Assembly: GCA_029562975.1 (NCBI GenBank)
Contig: JAKQTR010000040.1
Coordinates: 64,683-128,682 of the forward strand
DNA from: Acidobacteriota bacterium
GTDB taxonomy: Bacteria > Acidobacteriota > Vicinamibacteria > Vicinamibacterales > JAKQTR01
Direction of reading: 5' to 3'
DNA: 64,000 nucleotides
Both the position numbers and the translations under genes were made by a program. Shown piece by piece: positions 19,437 to 27,770 of this stretch (position 1 is the stretch's first letter; each line of letters begins with the position of its first letter). The notes below the pieces were generated by a model, which saw only the letters and a program-made list of their open reading frames with translations, was not told the DNA's origin and ran no database searches.

Positions 19437-19587
19437 AGGAGGAATCCGGAATTCGGCATGAAGATGGAGCCCCGGGTCTTCAGAGCTCTGGGGAGTTGGT
19501 CCAGGGGGCAGGGGACGAACGTGACGGGGTGAGCCTTTACGACGTGAATTCCTGTGGGATGGCGGCGGGACCGCCGGAGGTGCTTGC

Positions 19588-21666
19588 ATGAAGCGAGCCG
19601 TGACTGCCGCCGTCGCAATCGCGCTCGCGTCCGCGTCCCTGGCCCTGCTGGCCGACGAGGGGATGTGGACGTTCGACAACGTGCCCCGGGCGCGCATCAA
19701 GCAGCAATACGGCTTTGAGATCACCGACGGGTGGCTCGAGCACGTCAGGCTGGCGTCGGTGCGCGTCGGCGACGGCGGGTCGGGATCGTTCGTGTCGCCG
19801 GAGGGCCTGCTCTTCACCAACCAGCACGTCGGCCGCGGGCAGGTGGCGAAGCTGTCTCTCCCGGATCGCGACCTCGTCCGGGACGGCTTCTACGCGCCGT
19901 CGCGGGAGGCGGAGATCGCCTGCCCGGATCTCGAGTTGAACGTCGTCGTGTCGTACGAGGACGTGACGGCGCGCGTGCAGGGCGCCGTGACGGCCGGCGC
20001 AACCGACGCGGACGCCAACGCCCAGCGCAAGGCCGAGATGGCCGTCATCGAGAAGGCGTGCGCGGCCGGGACGGGCCTCAAGTGCGAAGTCGTCACGCTC
20101 TACAGCGGCGGCGAGTACTGGCTCTACCGCAACAAGAAGTACACCGACGTCCGGCTCGTCTTCGCGCCGGAGGAGCAGATCGCGTACTTCGGCGGGGACT
20201 ACGACAACTTCACCTACCCGCGCTGGAACTTCGACATCGCGTTCTTCCGCGCGTACGAGGGCGGGGCGCCGGCGAAGACCCCGCAGTACTTGAAGTGGTC
20301 GAAAGCTGGCGCGGCCGAGGGCGAGCTGATCTTCACGCCGGGCTACCCGGGATCGACCGCCCGCCTGCTGACGGTCGCGCAGCTGAGGTACCACCGAGAC
20401 GTCGGCAATCCGCTCCAGCTGCGCGTGTGGCGATCCCGGCGCGACGCGCTCGTGCGGTACGCCTCGACTGGCGCCGAGCAGGCGCGGCGCGCGTCGGCCG
20501 CCAGGCTCGGCCTCGAGAATTCGCTCAAGCGCCTCGTCGGGCAGCAGGACGGCCTGCTCAATCCCCGCATCTTCGGCAGGAAGGAAGCCGACGAGGCGGA
20601 CCTGCGCGCGAAGGTGGCCGCCAGGGCGGAGTGGCGGCGGGCGTTCGCGCCCGCGTGGGAAGAGATCGAGCATGCGTACGCGGGCCTGCCGGCCACGGCG
20701 GCCCGTCTCGCGTTCTCCACGCTCTCGGCATCGCGCCTCGCGAACATGGCGTCCACGATCGTCCGCTACGGCGACGAGATGAAGAAGCCGAGCGGGCAGC
20801 GCTATCCGGAGTACGCCGACGCGCGCCTGGAAGGGCTGAGGTTCGGCCTCTACTCGCCGGCGCCGGTGTACGCCGACCTGGAGGAGGCGCAGCTCGCCGC
20901 TTGGCTCGAGGAGGCGCGGGACGCGCTCGGCGCCGAGGATCCCTTCGTGAAAGCCGCGCTCGGGAGCCTGACGCCGGCCGAGGCGGCGCGGCAGGCCGTC
21001 GGCGGGACCGCGCTCGCCGCGCCCGCGGCCAGGAAGGCGCTCGTCGAGGCCGGCCCCTCGGCCATCGAGGCCTCGGCCGACCCGCTCATCGCGCTGGCGA
21101 GGCGGGTCGAGCCGGTCATTCGCGAGCTGCGCGCCTGGCAGGAGGAGCGCATCCAGAGCGTGGAGGCGCGCGCGGGCCAGAAGATCGCCGAGGCGCGGTT
21201 CGCCGTCTACGGCAAGACCGCCTATCCCGACGCCAACTTCAACCTCCGGCTGGAGTACGGGCGGGTGCTCGGGTACGAGGAAGGCACGACACTCGTGCCG
21301 CCGCACACGACGTTCTACGGCCTGTTCGAGCGCGCGGCGGCCTTCGGCGGGAAGCCGCCGTTCAACGTGCCCGCGCGCTGGAGGGACGGGCGCGCGAAGC
21401 TCGATCTCGCCACGCCATTCAACTTCGTCTACACCGCCGATACCATCGGCGGCAATTCGGGCAGCCCGGTGATCAACCGCGATGCCGAGATTTGCGGCAT
21501 CAACTTCGACAGCAACCTGCAGAAGCTGCCGAACCGGTACCTCTACATCGACGAGGCGGAAGGCTCGCGCGCGGTGGGCGTGCACTCGGCCGGCATCCTC
21601 GAGGGGCTGAAGAAGCTGTACGCCGCCGACGCGCTCGTGGCGGAGCTGACGGCACCGCGACAGTAA
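19588..21666 (+). CDS. S46-family dipeptidyl-peptidase (DPP7/DPP11-like serine peptidase)
   Basis: ATG at 19588 with GGAGG 7 nt upstream. Signal peptide followed by the family hallmark 'DEGMW'. 'LLFTNQHV' (His) and '[21 protein letters not shown]' (Ser). Confidence 0.85.
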   Translation: MKRAVTAAVAIALASASLALLADEGMWTFDNVPRARIKQQYGFEITDGWLEHVRLASVRVGDGGSGSFVSPEGLLFTNQHVGRGQVAKLSLPDRDLVRDGFYAPSREAEIACPDLELNVVVSYEDVTARVQGAVTAGATDADANAQRKAEMAVIEKACAAGTGLKCEVVTLYSGGEYWLYRNKKYTDVRLVFAPEEQIAYFGGDYDNFTYPRWNFDIAFFRAYEGGAPAKTPQYLKWSKAGAAEGELIFTPGYPGSTARLLTVAQLRYHRDVGNPLQLRVWRSRRDALVRYASTGAEQARRASAARLGLENSLKRLVGQQDGLLNPRIFGRKEADEADLRAKVAARAEWRRAFAPAWEEIEHAYAGLPATAARLAFSTLSASRLANMASTIVRYGDEMKKPSGQRYPEYADARLEGLRFGLYSPAPVYADLEEAQLAAWLEEARDALGAEDPFVKAALGSLTPAEAARQAVGGTALAAPAARKALVEAGPSAIEASADPLIALARRVEPVIRELRAWQEERIQSVEARAGQKIAEARFAVYGKTAYPDANFNLRLEYGRVLGYEEGTTLVPPHTTFYGLFERAAAFGGKPPFNVPARWRDGRAKLDLATPFNFVYTADTIGGNSGSPVINRDAEICGINFDSNLQKLPNRYLYIDEAEGSRAVGVHSAGILEGLKKLYAADALVAELTAPRQ

Positions 21667-21682
21667 GGGGCGGCAGCGCCCC
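21667..21682 (+). terminator. GC hairpin immediately after the S46 stop (GGGGCG-gcag-CGCCCC)
   Basis: A 6-bp G/C stem with a 4-nt loop directly follows the TAA at 21664-21666. There is no U-tract. Confidence 0.3.
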
Positions 21683-21779
21683 GATGCGGCGGCCACCTGC
21701 CGCAGGCGCCCGCCAGCGGTCGGCGGCTCGGCGGCACGGCGAAGCCCGGCGGCGGCGCGAGTGACCAGGGAGGTCGCCC

Positions 21780-22010
21780 GTGAGCAGGAACGACGAAGCG
21801 GCACCGCGATCGGTCCGGGGCCGGCAGCTGGCGTGCCCTGTCTGCCGGCACACGCAGTTCTACTCGCGCTCCTACTTGCTGAACACGAGGGTCGCGAGCT
21901 TCTTCAACTTCGACTGGGCGAACCGCTCCGCCCTGACCTACGTGTGCGAGCAGTGCGGCCACATCCTGTGGTTTGCCGCGGACCCGGACCACCCGGACCA
22001 CCAGGAGTAG
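21780..22010 (+). CDS. small zinc-ribbon protein (two CxxC pairs), function unknown
   Basis: GTG at 21780 with GGGAGG 6 nt upstream. 76 aa with 'CPVC' and 'CEQC' about 40 aa apart. Confidence 0.5.
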   Translation: MSRNDEAAPRSVRGRQLACPVCRHTQFYSRSYLLNTRVASFFNFDWANRSALTYVCEQCGHILWFAADPDHPDHQE

Positions 22011-22134
22011 GACGGCGTCCCGCGCGGCGCCCCCGGTGAGGCGGCTCGACGCGCGCCGGGCCCGGCGCTCGCCAATCGGCGGCGTCCGAGGGCCTTCTTC
22101 GAGGCGCAGCAGGAGCCGCATCCCGGGGCCAGCG

Positions 22135-22551
22135 TCAGGGCTGCTTCTCGAAACACCGGAAGGCCCCGGCCGCCGCGATCTCCCGGTACGGGCGGGTCGA
22201 GATGAAGGCGAGCGCCTGGGAGTTTCGCGCGTCAATCCGCGCAAGCAGCACGTAGCCCTGCCTCGAGCAAAGCCCTTCGAAGTGCTCGTGCAGGAAGGAC
22301 CCGAGGCCCCGACGCCGGTGGCTGGCGGCCACGCTGAGCCCGCCTTCGGCCTTGCCCAGGCCCCGGATGACCAGGTTCGCGGCAGCGACCATGACCGGGC
22401 CGTCGAACACGCCGTAGTTGAGGCGAGCGGGGTCGTTGAAGGCCGCTTCGTTCGGGACCAGCGCGAGACGAACGTCGCGCTCGGACAGGCCCGACTGGAA
22501 GTACGCCGCGGCAACGGGGAAGTCGGCCCGGGACAGCCCGCGCAGGACCAT
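22135..22551 (-). CDS. GNAT-family N-acetyltransferase (small)
   Basis: In-frame ATG at 22551 (MVLRGLSRADF..); an upstream GTG near 22711 is possible. 'VAASHRRRGLGSFL' matches the acetyl-CoA-binding R/Q-x-x-G-x-G/A motif. Confidence 0.6.
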   Translation of the reverse strand: MVLRGLSRADFPVAAAYFQSGLSERDVRLALVPNEAAFNDPARLNYGVFDGPVMVAAANLVIRGLGKAEGGLSVAASHRRRGLGSFLHEHFEGLCSRQGYVLLARIDARNSQALAFISTRPYREIAAAGAFRCFEKQP

Positions 22552-22745
22552 GGTCGTGCCCGGGACCGGAATTGACGCCGAGAAGGCAGGGTCGCGCCTC
22601 CTGAACCGGCGGGCAATCGCGCTGAGGCCGGCCTCTCTGAGGCGATGGTACAGGCGCTTCGGCAAGAGGCGGCTGGCTGCGGCAATCACCGGAGGCTTCC
22701 CGGGAGTCACGAGCGTCGATGCCCCATCGGCAGGCCGACGCGCGC

Positions 22746-23804
22746 CTACCGGTAGTCCCGGAACGGCAGCTGGCAGTCGTGCTTGCGCAGGAAGTTCAGG
22801 AAGCGCTTGTAGTCGCCCGGGTCCATGTTGAAGAGCTTCGTGACGATCTTGTAGTTGCCCTTGGCCTCCTCGAGGCCTTTCGACACGAGCTCGCGGAGGT
22901 TCCCGCGCGTGATCTCCCGCTGCATGTAGAGGGGGTAGACTGCCGTCCAGAAGGACTCGCGGTTGACCGTCATGCGCTTGTACAGCTCGTCGGCCACCGA
23001 GCGCCGGCGCTCGCGCTTCGGGCGCAGGCTGATGCCGCGCTGCGACCGGACTTCGACGGGCACGTCGGCCAGCCCGATCTCGGGGCCGCAGCCCGAGACC
23101 ACGATGCGCTCGATGACGTTGGCAAGCTCGCGGACGTTGCCGGGCCACGAGTACTCGGCGAGCGCGGCGTACGCCTCGGGCGTGATCCGCAGCTTCCGGT
23201 CGTTGTCCAGGCTCTCGAGAAAGGCCTCGACGAGCATCGGGATGTCCTCGCGCCGCTCGCGGAGCGGCGGCACCTGGATGTTGATGACGTTGATCCGGTA
23301 GTAGAGGTCCTCCCGGAACGAGCCCTGGGACACCATGTCCGCGATCAAGCGGTTCGTGGCCGCGATGACGCGGACATCGACGTGGCGCCCGACGCGATCC
23401 GCGCCGACCTTCTGCAGCTCGCCGGTCTCGAGGAAGCGGAGCAGCATGCCCTGCATGCGCAGGCTCATCTCGCCGATCTCGTCCAGGAAGATCGTGCCTT
23501 CGTCGGCTTTCTCGAGCATGCCGGCCTTGTCCCGGTACGCGCCCGTGAAGCTCCCCTTCACGTGGCCGAACAGCTCCGATTCCAGGAGCGTCTCGGGCAG
23601 TCCCGCGCAGTTCACCGTGACGAAAGGGCGGTCGGCGCGCAGGCTGTGCGAATGGATGCTCAGCGCGACCAGCTCCTTGCCGACGCCGCTCTCGCCCGTG
23701 ATCAGGATCTTGGCGTCGCTGAGAGCGACGCGGCGGATCTCCTCCTGGAGCGCGAGGATCGCGGGGCTCCGGCCCACGAGCTGCCCGAAGTCGTTCCTAG
23801 GCAC
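22746..23804 (-). CDS. sigma54-dependent transcriptional activator (bacterial enhancer-binding protein) lacking any N-terminal sensory/receiver domain
   Basis: GTG at 23804. The AAA+ core starts at residue ~8 ('LVGRSPAILAL'). Walker A 'GESGVGKE', 'ESELFGHVKGSFTGA' (GAFTGA-type loop), 'IFLDEIGE' (Walker B), 'RVIAATN', 'REDLYYRINV', 'WPGNVREL'. C-terminal HTH-like 'AKGNYKIVTKLFNM..YKRFLNFLRKH'. Confidence 0.9.
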   Translation of the reverse strand: MPRNDFGQLVGRSPAILALQEEIRRVALSDAKILITGESGVGKELVALSIHSHSLRADRPFVTVNCAGLPETLLESELFGHVKGSFTGAYRDKAGMLEKADEGTIFLDEIGEMSLRMQGMLLRFLETGELQKVGADRVGRHVDVRVIAATNRLIADMVSQGSFREDLYYRINVINIQVPPLRERREDIPMLVEAFLESLDNDRKLRITPEAYAALAEYSWPGNVRELANVIERIVVSGCGPEIGLADVPVEVRSQRGISLRPKRERRRSVADELYKRMTVNRESFWTAVYPLYMQREITRGNLRELVSKGLEEAKGNYKIVTKLFNMDPGDYKRFLNFLRKHDCQLPFRDYR

Positions 23805-24138
23805 CGTGGTCGCTTCCCCTCAGCAGGCAGTCGACGGCCGTTCTCGCCTCGGGGGCGAGGTCGAGGAACCGTCCTCCGACCCGGTAGCCGCCGGAGCGCT
23901 GGTCCCACTGCCTGGACACGTGCCGGACGTCCAGCCTGGCATCGAGCGCACGGTCGCCGAGCCTGGCGATCACCCGCGGGCCGGCCTCCGCCGCGATCGG
24001 ATCCGGGCAGGCCAGGAGGACGCCGTCCGAGCTCACGTCGAGCACCCTGACGGCCATCGAAACCGGCCGGATCATGACGGCGGCGCCCCCCAGCGGCACG
24101 CGCGGCGACCGGCGCCGCTCGACCAGGCCACGATCCAT
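23797..24138 (-). CDS. stand-alone PilZ-domain protein (canonical c-di-GMP motifs)
   Basis: ATG at 24138; 113 aa. 'RRSPR' (RxxxR) and 'DVSSDG' (DxSxxG). Its TAG stop at 23797-23799 overlaps the activator start by 8 nt. Confidence 0.75.
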   Translation of the reverse strand: MDRGLVERRRSPRVPLGGAAVMIRPVSMAVRVLDVSSDGVLLACPDPIAAEAGPRVIARLGDRALDARLDVRHVSRQWDQRSGGYRVGGRFLDLAPEARTAVDCLLRGSDHGA

Positions 24139-24139
24139 G

Positions 24140-24493
24140 TCAGTCCTCGTTCGCCGGTGGCGGCTCCCGGCACTCGTCCATGAGGGCGCCGATGCTCTCG
24201 GCGGCCCGCTTGCCGATGTCGATAAACTCGAGGCCGACCCTGTACCGCCGGCCGCCATCCTGCAGATGGATCGGCGACAGGTGGCGGACAATCGCCCGCA
24301 TGTCGATCGCCTGGCCGTCTCGCACGACCCTGATCGGCTGCACCGACCCCACCGGCAGGGGCGCGACCGATTCGACGAGCGCGCCTTCTGGGGCGAGGTT
24401 GAAAACGTGCAGGGGCTCGAGGGCCTGGACCGAGCCCCACAGCTCGCCGACGATCTCGAAGCGCGTGGCCGCCCGCCGGTCAGCTAGTCGCAT
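24140..24493 (-). CDS. stand-alone PilZ-domain protein (second motif degenerate)
   Basis: ATG at 24493; 117 aa. 'RAATR' (RxxxR), but 'NLAPEG' where (D/N)xSxxG is expected. The stop lies 1 nt before the next PilZ start. Confidence 0.65.
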   Translation of the reverse strand: MRLADRRAATRFEIVGELWGSVQALEPLHVFNLAPEGALVESVAPLPVGSVQPIRVVRDGQAIDMRAIVRHLSPIHLQDGGRRYRVGLEFIDIGKRAAESIGALMDECREPPPANED

Positions 24494-24586
24494 ACCTGCT
24501 CCCGTCGCCTGCGCATGGCCAGGCCAGGAGTCGGAGGCGCGCGGGCGCGCGAACAGCCGCGGCCGCAAAGACCCCCGCCCGATCCG

Positions 24587-24603
24587 AAGCAAGGACGACG
24601 CCA
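24587..24603 (-). promoter_or_regulatory. candidate sigma54 (-24/-12) promoter of the PilZ-PilZ-activator operon
   Basis: The minus strand reads TGGCGT-CGTCC-TTGCTT against consensus TGGCAC-N5-TTGCW, with exact GG-N10-GC spacing. It is intergenic, correctly oriented, and ~95 nt upstream of the ATG at 24493. Confidence 0.5.
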
Positions 24604-24845
24604 ACGTTAGTGTCAGGCGTTGGCTGGCTCGGCCGACAGGCGCACGCGGAAATCCGGCCTGAAAACCACCGCGTTCCTTGTTGAGGCCCACGAAGTCACC
24701 CGCGGGGTGGTCAGAAGTCTGACAACGGCGCGACAAGATTCTGCCAAGAAGCGCCTCTTCAGTCAACCGCGGCCAGGACCTCCGACGCGTCCAATCGCCT
24801 TCCGAATCCTCGAATGCCGGCAAGCGCGCGGATCCCCAGCCCGAA

Positions 24846-24874
24846 TTGACGCTCCCGACGGCGGTATCGATAAT
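24846..24874 (+). promoter_or_regulatory. candidate sigma70-type promoter TTGACG-N17-GATAAT, 7 nt before ATG 24882 (predicts a leaderless mRNA)
   Basis: TTGACG at 24846-24851, a 17-nt spacer, then GATAAT at 24869-24874. The ATG at 24882 sits at the expected +1 position. Confidence 0.4.
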
Positions 24875-24881
24875 GGCGGCG

Positions 24882-26096
24882 ATGTCGCAGCCGTGGACGA
24901 GCCGGCTTCTCGCGGCGTACCGCCTCGTGATCGGCCGCTTCTGGATCGACCCTCTGGAGACGCTGCTGGAGGAGATGATCGGTCTGCCTCGCGCCTCGTT
25001 CTGGGTCCCGGTGCGGCGGGCGGCCGAGTTTGCCCGGGACCTGGGCCGCCTGGTCTACGGCGGCCCGCGCGTCAGCGTGCGCCGGTGGGTCGGTCCTGAC
25101 TGGACCATCGTCCTGGTCAGCCAGGATGACGCCATCTGGGACAACGAGCTCCGGCACGTGCTCTTTGGCGTTTCTCCGGCCGAGCATTCCGGCGTTCGCC
25201 TCTGGCTGTGGCAGGTGCCGGCCCTCGTTCGGGCAGAGGCGGCGGCAGACCGCCTCGTTGTGCTCCACCTCAACCGACTGCTCAAGTGGCGGTTCCCCGA
25301 TCTCTGGTGCGTGAGGGTCCCTCCGTCGTTGCGAGCCATCATGGACATCTCGGCGCCCCTGGAGGCCGTAAAGGCGGGTATGACCAGACGCCGCCGGCAG
25401 GAACTGACGCGGCTCGCCGGGCTCGGCCTCGGAAGCGCCGTCAGCCGCGATCCGGCCGAGTTCACGCGGTTCTACCAGGACATGCATGCCCCGTTCGTGA
25501 CCGAGCGGTACCGCGACCGGATCCGGATGCGGCCGCTTGAGGCCCAGAAGCGGGTCTTCGAACGACGGGGCGTCCTCCTCTGGCTCACGCGCGGCCGGCA
25601 TACGGTGGCCGGCGTGTTCGGCGTGCGCCGGAAGTTCGGAAGGACCTTCTGCGCCATACACCTGGGCATCGACCAGTCACAAGACGAGGCGATCCGGCGC
25701 CACGCGATCACGGCCCTCTACTGGCGCCTCATCACCTGGTCGCACGATGCGGGATGTCGATCCATCGATTTCGGACTCGCGCCCGCGCAACTCGCCGACG
25801 GCTTGTTCCTCTACAAACACCGCTGGGGCATGCGGTTCGACCGCGACCGCACGCTCCACTCGGTCTGGACGTTCGCCGGGCGGAGCCTGCCCTCGGCACT
25901 GGTTCGCCGGCTGAACGAGCTGGGTCTCGTGGCCGAGGCCGTCGGCGGATACCGATGCGCGATCTTCCCCGGGGAGGACGGGACTGGCCTCTCGGCGTCG
26001 GAGCAGGCTCAGCGCGTGAAGATCATGGCTCAGGCCCGGCTGGATGGATTCCTGCCGGTGGGCACCGCCGGCGCCTTCGTCAGTCCGAGTAGATGA
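24882..26096 (+). CDS. CelD/FemAB-like GNAT-fold protein (Acetyltransf_6-like), paralog 1 of 3 modules
   Basis: I chose ATG 24882 (MSQPW..) over the track's TTG at 24846. With this start the 'VGPDW' motif lies at residues 70-74, the same offset as 'VGPQW' in the paralog at 54671. '..TRRRRQELTRL..FYQDMHAPFVTERY..LYKHRWG' fits the CelD-like pattern. Confidence 0.6.
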   Translation: MSQPWTSRLLAAYRLVIGRFWIDPLETLLEEMIGLPRASFWVPVRRAAEFARDLGRLVYGGPRVSVRRWVGPDWTIVLVSQDDAIWDNELRHVLFGVSPAEHSGVRLWLWQVPALVRAEAAADRLVVLHLNRLLKWRFPDLWCVRVPPSLRAIMDISAPLEAVKAGMTRRRRQELTRLAGLGLGSAVSRDPAEFTRFYQDMHAPFVTERYRDRIRMRPLEAQKRVFERRGVLLWLTRGRHTVAGVFGVRRKFGRTFCAIHLGIDQSQDEAIRRHAITALYWRLITWSHDAGCRSIDFGLAPAQLADGLFLYKHRWGMRFDRDRTLHSVWTFAGRSLPSALVRRLNELGLVAEAVGGYRCAIFPGEDGTGLSASEQAQRVKIMAQARLDGFLPVGTAGAFVSPSR

Positions 26097-27063
26097 TCTT
26101 GCTCCCGTCCGGCTCGAAGCCGATGGGGAACTCGCGGAAGCCGAGGCGCCTGGCCGTCGCCCGGATCGAGGCGTGTGCCGATCGCGGAGCGTAGAGCAAC
26201 AGGCAGCCGCCCCCTCCCGCCCCGGTGATCTTCCCGCCCTCGGCGCCGGCCCGGCGCGCGAGCCGGTAGTATCGATCGAGGTCGCCGTTCGTGACCTTCG
26301 ACCCCATCTGTTTCTTGAGTTCCCAGCCTTCGTGCAGGAGAGACCCGAACCGGGAGAGCCGGCCCCCCGCGACCTCGCGGGCCACTCGGGCCGCCAGGTC
26401 GCTCAGGCCGTCCAGGGCGCTCCTGGACGCGCCGGGCACTCGCATGCGCTGCCTGGCCTCGGCGAGCACGCTGTGGCTCTCCCGGGACACGCCGGTGTAG
26501 AAGAGCAGCAGGCTGTTCACCAGGCGCCGCCTCGTCGCGTCCGTGCAGACGATTGGCTCGACCGACACGGACTCGTCGGCGTTGAAATGCAGGAACCTGA
26601 ACCCGCCGTGGGCCGCGATGTACTGGTCCTGCTTGCCAATCGGTCTGCCGAGGACTCCAATCTCGATCTGGCACGCCTGTTCGGCAAGCATGCCGGGCGG
26701 CAAGTACCGCCCCTGGAACGCGTACAGCGCGTTGAGGGCGCCCACCGTCAGGCTCGACGATGAGCCAAGCCCGCTGCCCGCCGGCACGTCCGCGATCGTC
26801 GTGACCTCGATGCTTCGGGTCACGCCCGCCATCTTCATGGCTTCGCGGATCAGGTCGTGCTGCAGGTCCCCGATGTGGCGGACGATTTCCGTCTTCGTGT
26901 AGGCCACCCGAATGGCATCGTCCCACCGTTTGTTGACCGTCACGTACACGTGCCGACGGATGGCCATCGACACGACACGGCCCTGCCTGGCACGGTAGTA
27001 GTCGCGGAAATCGGTGCCTCCGCCCGCGAAGCTGATCCGAAGAGGCGTCTTCGAAATGACCAT
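26080..27063 (-). CDS. hddA: GHMP-family sugar kinase, D-glycero-alpha-D-manno-heptose-7-phosphate kinase (HddA)-like
   Basis: ATG at 27063. 'MVISKTPLRISFAGGGTDFRDYY' is the HddA-type N-terminus. GHMP motif 'PAGSGLGSSSS', then 'GKITGAGGGGCLLL'. Confidence 0.7.
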   Translation of the reverse strand: MVISKTPLRISFAGGGTDFRDYYRARQGRVVSMAIRRHVYVTVNKRWDDAIRVAYTKTEIVRHIGDLQHDLIREAMKMAGVTRSIEVTTIADVPAGSGLGSSSSLTVGALNALYAFQGRYLPPGMLAEQACQIEIGVLGRPIGKQDQYIAAHGGFRFLHFNADESVSVEPIVCTDATRRRLVNSLLLFYTGVSRESHSVLAEARQRMRVPGASRSALDGLSDLAARVAREVAGGRLSRFGSLLHEGWELKKQMGSKVTNGDLDRYYRLARRAGAEGGKITGAGGGGCLLLYAPRSAHASIRATARRLGFREFPIGFEPDGSKIIYSD

Positions 27064-27071
27064 GGGACCCT

Positions 27072-27770
27072 TCAGAAGCCCGGCCAGTCGGCGTTGGCCT
27101 GCTCGAGGCGCTCCGGTGTGCCGATGTCAATCAGGTAGCCGTCGACTTCGTACCCGTACATCCGCCCGACCATGCGCGGGAACACGTCGTGCCCGAAGTC
27201 CGTGACCCCCTGGCCGGCCGGTATCCAGTCGAAAATCGCCTGCCGCGCCAGGTAGATTCCGGCGTTGGCGAGGTTTCCCTCCGGATGGTCGGGCTTCTCG
27301 CGGAAGCGCACGATGCGTCCGTCAGGCTCGACCCCGACGATGCCCGACGAGCGCGGCGACGGCGTCCTGAACAGCGCCAGCGTCGCCACGCCGTCGTTCG
27401 CGCGGTGCGCGGCCAGCAGCCGGCTGAGCGACGCGTTCGTCAGGTTGTCCGCGTACACGATCCAGAAGCTCTCCTCGCCGTCCACGAACGCACGGTGGGC
27501 GGCGACAGTGCCTGCGCTGCCCGCGGGCGACCGCTCGCGCACGAGCCGGACGACAGGCTGCCGGGCCGCCCGCGAGTCGAGGAAGGCCTCGACGAGCTCC
27601 GGGAAGCGCGACACGTTCACGAGCGCCTCGTCCACGCCCTCCCGGGCCAGCAGGTCGAGCCAGATCCCAAGCAGGGGTACCCCTCGTATCGGCACGAGGC
27701 ACTTCGGCATGCGGTCGGTGATTGGGCGGAGGCGCTCGCCCAGTCCGCCGGCCATCAGGAAGGCCTTCAT
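27072..27770 (-). CDS. sugar-1-phosphate nucleotidyltransferase (HddC/ManC-like guanylyltransferase)
   Basis: In-frame ATG at 27770 ('MKAFLMAGGLGERLRPITDRMPKCLVPI'). The ATGA overlaps the upstream Wzy stop. It lies 8 nt upstream of the kinase gene. Confidence 0.75.
   Translation of the reverse strand: MKAFLMAGGLGERLRPITDRMPKCLVPIRGVPLLGIWLDLLAREGVDEALVNVSRFPELVEAFLDSRAARQPVVRLVRERSPAGSAGTVAAHRAFVDGEESFWIVYADNLTNASLSRLLAAHRANDGVATLALFRTPSPRSSGIVGVEPDGRIVRFREKPDHPEGNLANAGIYLARQAIFDWIPAGQGVTDFGHDVFPRMVGRMYGYEVDGYLIDIGTPERLEQANADWPGF

Noticed and set aside
24846-24881. The track's start at 24846 for the CelD-like gene
   Set aside because: The codon is TTG, and it is the first half of a TTGACG -35 box. 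ATG 24882 puts conserved motifs at the same residue offsets as in the paralog at 54671.
24872-24887. Sigma54-like TGGCGG-CGATG-TCGCA on the plus strand
   Set aside because: The spacing is right, but the -12 element overlaps ATG 24882 itself and no suitable downstream start exists. It is probably a chance match.
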